Positions 40,411 to 49,754 of a stretch of DNA of 64,000 bases are shown in pieces. The notes under the pieces were generated by a model. That model had not been told where the DNA came from, made no database searches, and was given only the letters and a program-made list of their open reading frames with translations. The position numbers and the translations under genes are program-made. Every line of letters begins with the position of its first letter. The stretch's first letter is position 1. The DNA comes from an uncultured Cytophagales bacterium (lineage in GTDB: Bacteria > Bacteroidota > Bacteroidia > Cytophagales > JAAEPT01), in the NCBI GenBank assembly GCA_963815495.1, contig CAWFGW010000011.1, positions 54,957 to 118,956 of the forward strand, written 5' to 3'.

Positions 40411-41247
40411 CTATAGCAAGTTCAATTGGTAACGCATATACGAATAACACAGCAAACCCACTTTTCGTTTGTTGGAAACTCGAACCCGCTTTTCTAAAAT
40501 TTTTGATGAGGGGATTCGCTTAATTTTACTAAACAATGAATAGTAATAAATAAAAGCCACATATACCCCAAATCGAGCATTTGATGGTAATTTTTTTATG
40601 CCAGCTAAACCATCCATAAAATCTACATTGATATCCTCTTCAATGGATTTTTTTACTGTTTGGTTAAACTCACTCATGTCAATACCTGGAAAATAGGTGC
40701 GTCCCAAGGTTTGGTAGTCGGCTTTAATGTCTCTCAGAAAGTTGATTTTTTGAAACGCTGAACCCAACCGCATAGCTGAGAACTCTAATTCATCATACAT
40801 TTTTTGATCACCCAAGCAAAAGACTTTCAAACACATAAGTCCCACTACTTCGGCTGAACCGACAATATATTGCTCGTAACTTTCTTGTGAATATTCAGTT
40901 TTAATTAAATCCATCTCCATGCTATCGAGAAAGGTATCGATGTGGTCGCGGCTAATGTTATATTTATGTACAGAAGCTTGGAAAGCATTCAAAATCGGGT
41001 TCAGGCTAATTTTTTCTTCTAGTGCTTGGTAAGTATCCTGCCGAAACCTGTCTAACAATTCTTTTTTATTAAACCCATGGAAGGAGTCTACGATTTCATC
41101 AGCCAAGCGAACAAACCCATAAACTGCATAGATTGCAGGGCGGATTTGTGGTTTTAGCAATTTGATTCCCAACGAAAAAGACGTACTGTATTTGTTGGTA
41201 ACCATTTTACTGGCGCGATAGGATACTTTGTCGAATAGTTCTTTCAT
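40411..41247 (-). CDS. crtB: Phytoene synthase
   Basis: YSTSFS, FVRLADEIVD, SAEVVGLMC and NFLRD motifs. Confidence 0.96.
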   Translation of the reverse strand: MKELFDKVSYRASKMVTNKYSTSFSLGIKLLKPQIRPAIYAVYGFVRLADEIVDSFHGFNKKELLDRFRQDTYQALEEKISLNPILNAFQASVHKYNISRDHIDTFLDSMEMDLIKTEYSQESYEQYIVGSAEVVGLMCLKVFCLGDQKMYDELEFSAMRLGSAFQKINFLRDIKADYQTLGRTYFPGIDMSEFNQTVKKSIEEDINVDFMDGLAGIKKLPSNARFGVYVAFIYYYSLFSKIKRIPSSKILEKRVRVSNKRKVGLLCYSYMRYQLNLL

Positions 41248-42707
41248 AGCGTTTTCAAAAGTTCTTTAGCTGCAATTTGTCCTGAAATCAACGAAGGAGG
41301 AACCCCAGGTCCAGGAACAGTTAATTGACCTGTATAAAACAATCCTTTCACCTTTTTGTTTACGATGGAGGGTTTTAAGACAGCTGTTTGGTCTAATGTA
41401 TTAGCTAACCCATAGGCATTTCCTTTGAAGGCATTGTAATCAGCAATAAAGTCTTTATGAGCAAAACTGCGTTTAAAGACGATATTATCTTTCATTGGCT
41501 CGCCAATCCTTTCCTCCAACCTGTTGATCATAATGTCAAAATACTTCTCCCTTGTGGTTTCATCATCTTCAATACCTGGTGCTACAGGCATTAATAAAAA
41601 CACATTTTCACTTCCGGTTGGGGCTACTGTATCATCTGTTTTTGACGGACAACAAACATAAAACAACGGCTTAGTAGGCCACTGTGGTTCCGTATATATT
41701 TCATGGGAATGTAGCTCAAAGTCTTCGTCAAAGAATAAGTTATGATGTAATAAGTTAGGTAATTGTTTATTTACTCCAAGATAAAACAACAAACTTGATG
41801 GTGCCATTTTCCGTTTCTGCCAATAAGCCTCCGAATACTTGCGACTTTCTTTGGGAAGCAATTTTTGTTCAACAAAATGGTAATCTGCTCCGGCAATTAT
41901 TCTGTCAAAAGCGATGTTTCTTCCATTAACCTTCAAACCTTCGGCCGCACCTTCGCTGACTAAAATAGCTTCGACAGATGAGTTATAGTGAAACTGAACC
42001 CCTAACTCTTCCGCAATGGAAACCATCCCTTCTATAATTTTATGCATTCCTCCTTTAGGATACCAAGTTCCTAACTTAATATCTGCATAATTCATTAAAC
42101 TATAGAGCGCAGGAGTAGTTTTTGAAGTAGCTCCTAAAAATAAGATCGGAAACTCCAATAACTGCAAAATTCGCTCGTCTTTAAAATATTTTTTAGTGTA
42201 ACGCTCAAATGACTGAAAAACATGCATTTTAAACACCCCTGAGATGACGTCCCAATCAAAAAATTCCGTAATGCTTTTGCCTGGCTTATGGACAATCTTA
42301 TTTATTCCTAACTCATATTTAAATGCTGCTTCGTCTAAAAACAACTGTAATTTGTCAGCGCTACCTTTTTCCCAAGACTCAAACAGTTGTTTTAGCTCAT
42401 CAAGGTTGGCAGGAATATTTACTTCCTCATTTTTAAAAAACACTTTATAAGAAGGATCTAATCGAACCAAGTCATAATAGTCTTTTACACTTTTACCGTA
42501 GTAAGCAAAATGTTGTTCAAAAACTTCAGGCATCCAGTACCAACTTGGTCCCATATCAAACATGAAACCATCAGCTTCAAACTTTCTTGCCCTACCTCCT
42601 GCACCTTCATGCTTTTCGAATACATGCACTTCATGCCCTTCTTTTGCTAAAAAGCTAGCTGCAGAAATACTTGAAAAACCTGCACCTATTACTCCTATTT
42701 TTGCCAT
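41244..42707 (-). CDS. crtI: Phytoene desaturase
   Basis: Rossmann IGAGFS, FDMGPSWYWMP and GQLTVPGPGVPP motifs; start moved to ATG 42707; ATGA overlap with crtB. Confidence 0.95.
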   Translation of the reverse strand: MAKIGVIGAGFSSISAASFLAKEGHEVHVFEKHEGAGGRARKFEADGFMFDMGPSWYWMPEVFEQHFAYYGKSVKDYYDLVRLDPSYKVFFKNEEVNIPANLDELKQLFESWEKGSADKLQLFLDEAAFKYELGINKIVHKPGKSITEFFDWDVISGVFKMHVFQSFERYTKKYFKDERILQLLEFPILFLGATSKTTPALYSLMNYADIKLGTWYPKGGMHKIIEGMVSIAEELGVQFHYNSSVEAILVSEGAAEGLKVNGRNIAFDRIIAGADYHFVEQKLLPKESRKYSEAYWQKRKMAPSSLLFYLGVNKQLPNLLHHNLFFDEDFELHSHEIYTEPQWPTKPLFYVCCPSKTDDTVAPTGSENVFLLMPVAPGIEDDETTREKYFDIMINRLEERIGEPMKDNIVFKRSFAHKDFIADYNAFKGNAYGLANTLDQTAVLKPSIVNKKVKGLFYTGQLTVPGPGVPPSLISGQIAAKELLKTL

Positions 42708-42773
42708 ATGGATGAAAACAAGTTTTTTTAAAGAATGTTTAAGTTGTCCTGAAAGTATCAACTTCCCTTAAAC

Positions 42774-42804
42774 AAAAAAAGCTTCACGCCTTAGACATGA
42801 AGCT
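42774..42804 (-). terminator. Rho-independent terminator after the T9SS pair
   Basis: Minus strand agcttcatgtc-taa-ggcgtgaagct followed by a T tract. Confidence 0.7.
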
Positions 42805-42824
42805 CATCACGCTTACCAAAATAA

Positions 42825-45800
42825 CTAATCCCGAATTAATTTCCCAGTATCAACCACTTTTCCATCATGATGGAGTTGATATATGTAGATTCCTTTAGGT
42901 AATTCGTGGACAGAAAACTCAGTCTTTCCAGTTACTTTTTTTCGATAAACAACTTCTCCCAACACCGAGTGAACTTCAAAACCGTCACCTTCCTGAGCTC
43001 CTTGAAGATAGATTACTCCAGTAGTAGGGTTTGGATAGACCATCGACTGTTTAACAGCCAAGGAATTAGCCGTTTCAAGAGGTTTAGGGTCGCCAATGGT
43101 CACTAAATTTTCTCTCGAAAAATCTTCCCACTTTGGCTCACCTATGGTATGATAAACCGTATTTGTAATCACTGGTGAATTATAATCGAAATAGATAGCT
43201 GCTTCATTTTCAATAATCGTTTCATCGGACAAGTTAGAGAACGTGTTGATTTTAAAACTCACAAAACCATTACTTGCCAACACATTCACATTGCTATCTG
43301 GTAAAAGAATGTTATTAAAAGTAAAGGTAAGTATCGGATTTCCTTTACCACTTACCTTAAGTGAATACGGGTGACTAGAAGCCCCTTGCATGAATGTGGA
43401 AATATCTAAACTACTATCTAATGTATCTACCAACACCACTTTGAAAGCGGTATCTGTTCCCGTGTTTTGAAAACGAATGGTGTAATCAATTGAAGTACCA
43501 GCTAGCACATAATGTGCATCCGTCAGACCAACAGGAACTGCTTGTTTGTCGTTAGGGTCGTAGCTACCAGTAATCGTGAAGCAACTTTTAGTCTCTTTAG
43601 ATGTTTGTGGTACAAAGGGTTTGTTTAAAGCAAGTCCTTTCACTACATCGTCTAAAGTTTGTGTAGAGGCAATACAACCTTCTACAAAATCAGTTAGGAT
43701 AGAATCCTCTGGGAAACCAATGGTTTGGCCAACTTCAATGCTAATCAAATCACCGAAAGCATTGACGTCTATTTGTGTATCTGTGAATGCTTTTAATTTA
43801 ACTCTACTTTTTCTAACTAACGTATCGTTAATACTAATTTGAATGGCTGTTGAATCAGACATATCAAAGGTTGTATTATTTGCTACTTTGTAATTGACTA
43901 CACCATCTTCACATTTCTTTGTAAGTTCCAATTCTACTTGGTCCCACTCTGACGAAATAGCTGCACAATATTCTGAAGGTCCAATTCTTGACTTAATACA
44001 TTGGGTTAAACCTCTTATTACTTCGATGCCACAAACTACTGAATCCAAAACTATTATTGAACCACACTCATTCGCCTTAATCCCATCAAAATCATAAGTC
44101 AAAACACCATTTTCATTTGATGACCACATGGGAATTGATGAAAGAGGCACTAGGTATTGAGGATAATCTACTGTCAATGTTGTTGCTCCCGAAGGAAGGC
44201 TTCCTCCATTGCAGTAACCAATTGTTGTTTTACTTGGGAAGCAACGTCTTTTGATTGCACCTGAAATTGAGGTTGATAAATGCGTGCATTCTAATTTTTC
44301 ACCCCCAATATTTAAAACATAATTTTCTTTTCCTTCTGGAACAATAAAAGGACTACCTGTAACACACTCTGATTTAAATTCCGAGTTTTCAATTACTTTT
44401 ATTACATACTCTGTCGAAACGGTGTCTATTGGCATTTTGTAAAAACCATTGAAGCTGGTAAGGGTAAACCACTCACTTGAGTTTAGTTCCAACAGAACGC
44501 CTGCAATAGGCTCCTCTCCATCATCTTTTATACAGTTTTGGTTTTTATCATTAAAAAGCTGTCCCTCTACAAACCTATTTAATCCATCTACAAAAGCTCC
44601 AAACCTAGCATTACTAAATACTTTAATCCTTGAAACATTTCCTAAGCCCATTGGCACTCTAGAATGGCATGAACTGTAATCGCTATAGGCACTTATTGAA
44701 CCATCTTCATGCAGAGCCATAACACCTGAACTCACGTCAATTGATTTAACATTTTCCCAAAAAGATACTTCTTGAATCGTATTACTTCCCCATTGACTAA
44801 TTTTCCCATTAGACCTTAAAGCCATAAATCCTAATTGACTTACACCAACATCAATCACATTAGTAATTTCAACCTCTGTTGGTAAATCATCATTCCTACT
44901 CCATGTAATTACTTTTTTGTCTTGAGTTAACCCTATGAAATCAACACCATTATCGTCAACATCAATTAAATTTGGCACAAAACTTATCATACCCGACTCT
45001 CCATTTTGAAGGCTAATCCAAACTTTACCATTGGACAACAGTGCCATAAAACGATCGTACGATTTATGATTGATTTTGACAATGTTATTTAACTCAAGCA
45101 TCTCATCTAAAAAAGGAAAAGATGTATCAGAAGTGTCACCCCAAACTACTAAGCTACCATCTTTTTTTAACGCTACTGAACTTCTTTCCAACGCTGCAAC
45201 CTGTATAACATTACTTAAATCCAAAGGGACATCTAACTCGCCATATAAATTATGGCCACCCCAAGCTATGACTGAGCCATCGTCTTTAACCGCTAAATTG
45301 TGATTCTCCCCATACGATAGATCTTTAATATTGGTCAAGTCTGGGTGAAACTGAACTTGACCCTCACTGAAACCATCATCAAGTCCAATTAAAGCCCCAT
45401 CTTCTTTTAAACCTATAAAGTATTGGTATGACATGCCTATTGCTTTCACATTTGAAAGGTTTTGTACATCTGCCTCTGATACCAAACCAAATCTTCCCCA
45501 AGTACCACAAGTACCATCTGTTTTTAGGTATGCAAAACCTGCTTCATCATCACAGGTTATGGATTGAACCTTTAGTGTTTCTGGAAAATTCACAACCTGA
45601 CCAGCATCATAGCCTATAAGAGTGCTATCTTCTCTTACAATCAATATTTTTAAATTAAATATGGCAGCTAAGTCAATTTGTTTAATGTTTTGATTGATTT
45701 CTTGAGGCATTTGAAATCCATTAAGATTATCAAGAAATGTAACAGTCCCATCCTGATAAATTACACCACCAACTTCTCCTCCTGAAAATACATCTTTGAC

Positions 45801-46232
45801 ATTAGCCAAATTCAAATTAACAAACTGATCTTTTGATAACGATTTAAGAACATCACCATTTTCCATGAGTAATAAAAAATAGGATTCGATTTTAACTACT
45901 TTTTTAACATTGACAACATTCGAATAAACCCCTTCACTATAAACTAAATGTGCCACCCCATCAGAAGTAATAGCTGCATTTGTGGTTATATACACAACTT
46001 TTTCAAGCTTTTCGAAATTGGCTCTTAGACCCGAACAGTCTATACCTGCCATACGAATCGTACTATCTTCCATTAAAAACATGGACATATCATAAGCAGC
46101 ATGAATGTCGATAACTGGCTGATTAATAGTTGCCCCAACAGCTCCCCATTGTACAAATTCTGATTGTTGTGCTTTGCTTTTAAAAAAAACTATAAGAACA
46201 AGTAGTGTGATAAATGTGTATTTCATAATCAA
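42825..46232 (-). CDS. T9SS cargo A: RCC1/BLIP-II-like propeller + DUF7619-like domain + T9SS CTD
   Basis: Signal peptide; repeats such as HNLAVKDDGSVIAWG..YGEL; SYDPNDK...YTIRFQNTGTDTA; IYFDYN.PVITN; VYPNP CTD. Confidence 0.8.
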   Translation of the reverse strand: MIMKYTFITLLVLIVFFKSKAQQSEFVQWGAVGATINQPVIDIHAAYDMSMFLMEDSTIRMAGIDCSGLRANFEKLEKVVYITTNAAITSDGVAHLVYSEGVYSNVVNVKKVVKIESYFLLLMENGDVLKSLSKDQFVNLNLANVKDVFSGGEVGGVIYQDGTVTFLDNLNGFQMPQEINQNIKQIDLAAIFNLKILIVREDSTLIGYDAGQVVNFPETLKVQSITCDDEAGFAYLKTDGTCGTWGRFGLVSEADVQNLSNVKAIGMSYQYFIGLKEDGALIGLDDGFSEGQVQFHPDLTNIKDLSYGENHNLAVKDDGSVIAWGGHNLYGELDVPLDLSNVIQVAALERSSVALKKDGSLVVWGDTSDTSFPFLDEMLELNNIVKINHKSYDRFMALLSNGKVWISLQNGESGMISFVPNLIDVDDNGVDFIGLTQDKKVITWSRNDDLPTEVEITNVIDVGVSQLGFMALRSNGKISQWGSNTIQEVSFWENVKSIDVSSGVMALHEDGSISAYSDYSSCHSRVPMGLGNVSRIKVFSNARFGAFVDGLNRFVEGQLFNDKNQNCIKDDGEEPIAGVLLELNSSEWFTLTSFNGFYKMPIDTVSTEYVIKVIENSEFKSECVTGSPFIVPEGKENYVLNIGGEKLECTHLSTSISGAIKRRCFPSKTTIGYCNGGSLPSGATTLTVDYPQYLVPLSSIPMWSSNENGVLTYDFDGIKANECGSIIVLDSVVCGIEVIRGLTQCIKSRIGPSEYCAAISSEWDQVELELTKKCEDGVVNYKVANNTTFDMSDSTAIQISINDTLVRKSRVKLKAFTDTQIDVNAFGDLISIEVGQTIGFPEDSILTDFVEGCIASTQTLDDVVKGLALNKPFVPQTSKETKSCFTITGSYDPNDKQAVPVGLTDAHYVLAGTSIDYTIRFQNTGTDTAFKVVLVDTLDSSLDISTFMQGASSHPYSLKVSGKGNPILTFTFNNILLPDSNVNVLASNGFVSFKINTFSNLSDETIIENEAAIYFDYNSPVITNTVYHTIGEPKWEDFSRENLVTIGDPKPLETANSLAVKQSMVYPNPTTGVIYLQGAQEGDGFEVHSVLGEVVYRKKVTGKTEFSVHELPKGIYIYQLHHDGKVVDTGKLIRD

Positions 46233-47361
46233 TTTGTTTACTCTAAAATTAATTTTCCAGTATCAACCACTTTTCCATGACGATGGATTTGATATAGGTA
46301 GATTCCTTTAGGCAATTCTTGGACAGAGAAACTAGTCTTTCCAGTCACTTTTTTCCGATAAACAACTTCTCCCAACACCGAGTGTATTTCAAAATCGTCA
46401 TCTTCATGAGCTTCTTGAAGGTAGATTATGCCAGTAGTAGGGTTCGGGTACATCATCGATTTTTTCACAGAAATGGAATTAGCCGTTTCAAGGGGTTTTG
46501 GGTCGCCAATAGTTACTAAATATCCTCTCGAAAAATCTTCCCACTTCGGCTCACCTATGGTATGATAAACCGTATTTGTAATCACTGGTGAATTATAATC
46601 GAAATAGATAGCTGCTTCATTTTCAATAATCGTTTCATCAGCTAAATTCGAGAAAGCACTGATACTAAAACTCACAAAACCATTACTTGCTAACACGTTC
46701 ACATTACTATCGGGCAAATAAATATTGTTAAAAGTAAACGTCAGTATCGGATTTCCTTTACCACTTACCTCAAGCGAATATGGGTGACTAGAAGCTCCTT
46801 GCATGAACGTTGAAATATCTAAACTACTATCTAATGTATCTACCAAAACCACTTTGAAAGCAGTATCTGTTCCCGTGTTTTGAAAGCGAATGGTATAATC
46901 AATTGAAGTACCAGCTAACACATAATGTGCATCCGTTAAACCAACTGGCACAGCTTGTTTGTCGTTAGGGTCATAACTACCAGTGATGGTGAAACAACTT
47001 TTAGTCTCTTTTGATGTTTGCGGTACAAAAGGTTTGTTTAAAGCAAGTCCTTTCACTACATCATCCAAGGTTTGTGTGGAGGCAATACAGCCTTCCACAA
47101 AATCAGTTAGGATAGAATCCTCTGGGAAACCAATGGTTTGACCCACTTCAATGCTAATCAAATCACCGAAAGCATTAACGTCTATTTGTGTATCTGTGAA
47201 TGCTTTTAATTTAACTCTACTTTTTCTAACTAATGTATCGTTTATACTAATTTGAATGGCTGTTGAATCAGACATATCAAAGGTTGTATTATTTGCTACT
47301 TTATAATTGACTACACCATCTTCACATTTTTTTGTAAGTTCCAATTCTACTTGGTCCCATT
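42825..47361. repeat. Long direct repeat of about 1.12 kb: ~42825-43948 versus ~46238-47361
   Basis: Same 3413-bp offset at both ends; differences are mostly synonymous. Confidence 0.9.
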
Positions 47362-49663
47362 CACTCAGTGGCGGCTTTCCGCATTCATTGGTTTCTTTAA
47401 TAATTGCTGAGATACATTCGGTTAAACCTCGGATAGATTCATCACCGCATGAAACTGAATCTTGTATAATAATTGTTTTTTGCTCATTCGGAGTAATACT
47501 ACTGAATTCGTAAGTCAGCACGTTACCCACTTTCGATGTCCATGTTGGTGTCGATTGCTTAGGAACTAGGTGTTCTGGGTAAGTAACTGTTAAAGAAACA
47601 AAACCAGATGAGACATCTGCAGAATTACCATATTTAATAGCCGTGCTACTGTTAAAACATCTTCTTTTCCTGCTTGCACTTACTTCTACTTCTAACTCAG
47701 GGCAATCAAACTGTAATACATTAAAATCAATGCAACAAAAATCTTCTGTGCCTTGTGGTAAAGCTATTTCGTAAGCATCTACGCAATTCACCTCTCCATT
47801 TTCAGCTTTTTTAGCGTTAACAATTCTTTCTAATAAATATGATTCTTCATTATAAGTTACAGGTATATCATAATAACCTAGCGAATCTGTACTTGCGTAA
47901 TAATTATCAGGCAACACTTTTATGATTGCATTTGCATAAGCAGCCTCCCCTTCATCATACTGACAATTTTCAATTAGATCATCTTTAAATACTGATCCTT
48001 TTATTAGTCTCTTATCTAACAACGCTCTTTCATTTCCTTTTTTAAAACCATAAAACACAAATGGATAAAATGACTTTACTTTTGCAAAACCTTTTTCGCT
48101 AGGGTTAACTACACAGGCACTTTTAAACGTATCAAATACTAATGCTTTTACTGATCCATCTTCGAATAAACACACCAAATTATTGTACGAATAATCCAGT
48201 GACACCACATTTCGTAAACGAGCGATTTCAGGACTTAGCTGCTCGCCATAAGTAGAAATAATTTTTCCATTAGATTTCAGGGCATATTCAGGAGTGATAT
48301 CAATAATTGAGGATAAATCTGAAAGAATACTAAACGAATCACCATATAGAGTGCCACTCACCACTTCTCCATTTTTAGTTAGTCCAAAAAAGTTATTATC
48401 TACGGTAAATGTAAAATCCCTTAAAGGAGGTAAATGATCTAAAAAGCCAACGTTAGACGCCCATACCTTACCATCTGATAAAAGAATTACAAAATTGGCA
48501 TCCGCAACTTTTATGGTCTCTGCATTATTAAGAGTTAATAATTCTGCATAATTAGAGAAAAACTCCCCCGCAGTATCTCCCCATGCAATCACTGATTTAT
48601 CTTTCTTTATAGCAATAGATAAACCTCTCATTACCCCTACCGCAAGAACCTTCACTTCTAGCGGAACCTCTAGTTCACCAGCACCAATACCTTTGCCCCA
48701 AACTATAACCGAACTATCTTTTTTAATTCCAATACTATGGCTATTCCCTTGATCCAATTCAATTAAATCAGAAATATTAGGCGTAAAATCGTAATTGATT
48801 TCTCCATAATTAACTGAAGAACCTAACCCAAAGACTTCTCCGCCATTTTTAATTCCAATTAGTACTCCTTCATAAAAAGAGATCTGACTTACATCCTCCA
48901 TTTCATCCTTTTTAAAAAATAGATCACTGGAAAACATTTCATACAAGTCGCCTGTATCTGTAATAAAGAAAAAATGATCTAGTCCCCCTTGTATTTGAGT
49001 AATATTAGAAATGGGAATTAAATACTCATTGTCAGTAAAGTAAATTAAAGAACCATCTTGCTTTAAAATTAACACATCTTGATTAAATGCAGTAAATGCT
49101 ATCGATTGTATGTTATTATTTAAACTGGTAGGTAAAGTCAAAAATGAGCTTAAAATCTTTACTGATCCATCTTTAAAATAAATAATCCCTGTATTATTAC
49201 TTACCGATATATCTCTAACATTTTCATCTTCCAATAGTGTCTCAAATTTGTTTTCATTTATATAATAAACAGAACTATCTGTTTTCATAAGTAAAAACCT
49301 ATTCCCCACTTGGTAAGATTTTAAAACCTGTGGCACTTCAACCATTTTCTCTTCAAGGGACCAAAAAATAAGATGAGCAACATTATCATTAGTAACAGCA
49401 CAATAATTTGAAATAAACACCACCTTTTTTAAAGCTTCTAGTAGCTGTATATTTTCGGTGCTACATAATACTCCTGAGATAGTAATAGTACTGTCTTCAA
49501 GAAGATACATCGCTGAAATTTCATCAGTAACAACCTGAGTTACATTTTGATCAATAGTAGGCTTAATCGACCCCCATTGAACCACATTAGACTCCTGTGC
49601 TTTACTACTTTGAAAACCAAAAATTAAAACACTAAAAATAAATAAACACACCTTTTTCATCAC
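46238..49663 (-). CDS. T9SS cargo B: paralogue with RCC1-like propeller + DUF7619-like domain + T9SS CTD
   Basis: Same architecture as cargo A; C-terminal ~375 aa nearly identical to it. Confidence 0.8.
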   Translation of the reverse strand: MMKKVCLFIFSVLIFGFQSSKAQESNVVQWGSIKPTIDQNVTQVVTDEISAMYLLEDSTITISGVLCSTENIQLLEALKKVVFISNYCAVTNDNVAHLIFWSLEEKMVEVPQVLKSYQVGNRFLLMKTDSSVYYINENKFETLLEDENVRDISVSNNTGIIYFKDGSVKILSSFLTLPTSLNNNIQSIAFTAFNQDVLILKQDGSLIYFTDNEYLIPISNITQIQGGLDHFFFITDTGDLYEMFSSDLFFKKDEMEDVSQISFYEGVLIGIKNGGEVFGLGSSVNYGEINYDFTPNISDLIELDQGNSHSIGIKKDSSVIVWGKGIGAGELEVPLEVKVLAVGVMRGLSIAIKKDKSVIAWGDTAGEFFSNYAELLTLNNAETIKVADANFVILLSDGKVWASNVGFLDHLPPLRDFTFTVDNNFFGLTKNGEVVSGTLYGDSFSILSDLSSIIDITPEYALKSNGKIISTYGEQLSPEIARLRNVVSLDYSYNNLVCLFEDGSVKALVFDTFKSACVVNPSEKGFAKVKSFYPFVFYGFKKGNERALLDKRLIKGSVFKDDLIENCQYDEGEAAYANAIIKVLPDNYYASTDSLGYYDIPVTYNEESYLLERIVNAKKAENGEVNCVDAYEIALPQGTEDFCCIDFNVLQFDCPELEVEVSASRKRRCFNSSTAIKYGNSADVSSGFVSLTVTYPEHLVPKQSTPTWTSKVGNVLTYEFSSITPNEQKTIIIQDSVSCGDESIRGLTECISAIIKETNECGKPPLSEWDQVELELTKKCEDGVVNYKVANNTTFDMSDSTAIQISINDTLVRKSRVKLKAFTDTQIDVNAFGDLISIEVGQTIGFPEDSILTDFVEGCIASTQTLDDVVKGLALNKPFVPQTSKETKSCFTITGSYDPNDKQAVPVGLTDAHYVLAGTSIDYTIRFQNTGTDTAFKVVLVDTLDSSLDISTFMQGASSHPYSLEVSGKGNPILTFTFNNIYLPDSNVNVLASNGFVSFSISAFSNLADETIIENEAAIYFDYNSPVITNTVYHTIGEPKWEDFSRGYLVTIGDPKPLETANSISVKKSMMYPNPTTGIIYLQEAHEDDDFEIHSVLGEVVYRKKVTGKTSFSVQELPKGIYLYQIHRHGKVVDTGKLILE

Positions 49664-49754
49664 CTAAATTTTAAAGTCATGACAAGATATGCTTTTATTA
49701 TAAAATAAGTAGCTATTAATTTTTCAATTTAAGCCTCAGGTAACACTCTGCGAT

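Noticed and set aside
42792-42797. TAGACA as an additional LitR site upstream of crtI
   Set aside because: It lies within the terminator hairpin of the upstream gene, which explains it adequately
42825-47361. Diversity-generating retroelement template/variable repeat pair
   Set aside because: No reverse transcriptase in the window; the repeat is over 1 kb, both copies are coding, and differences are mostly synonymous rather than adenine-specific
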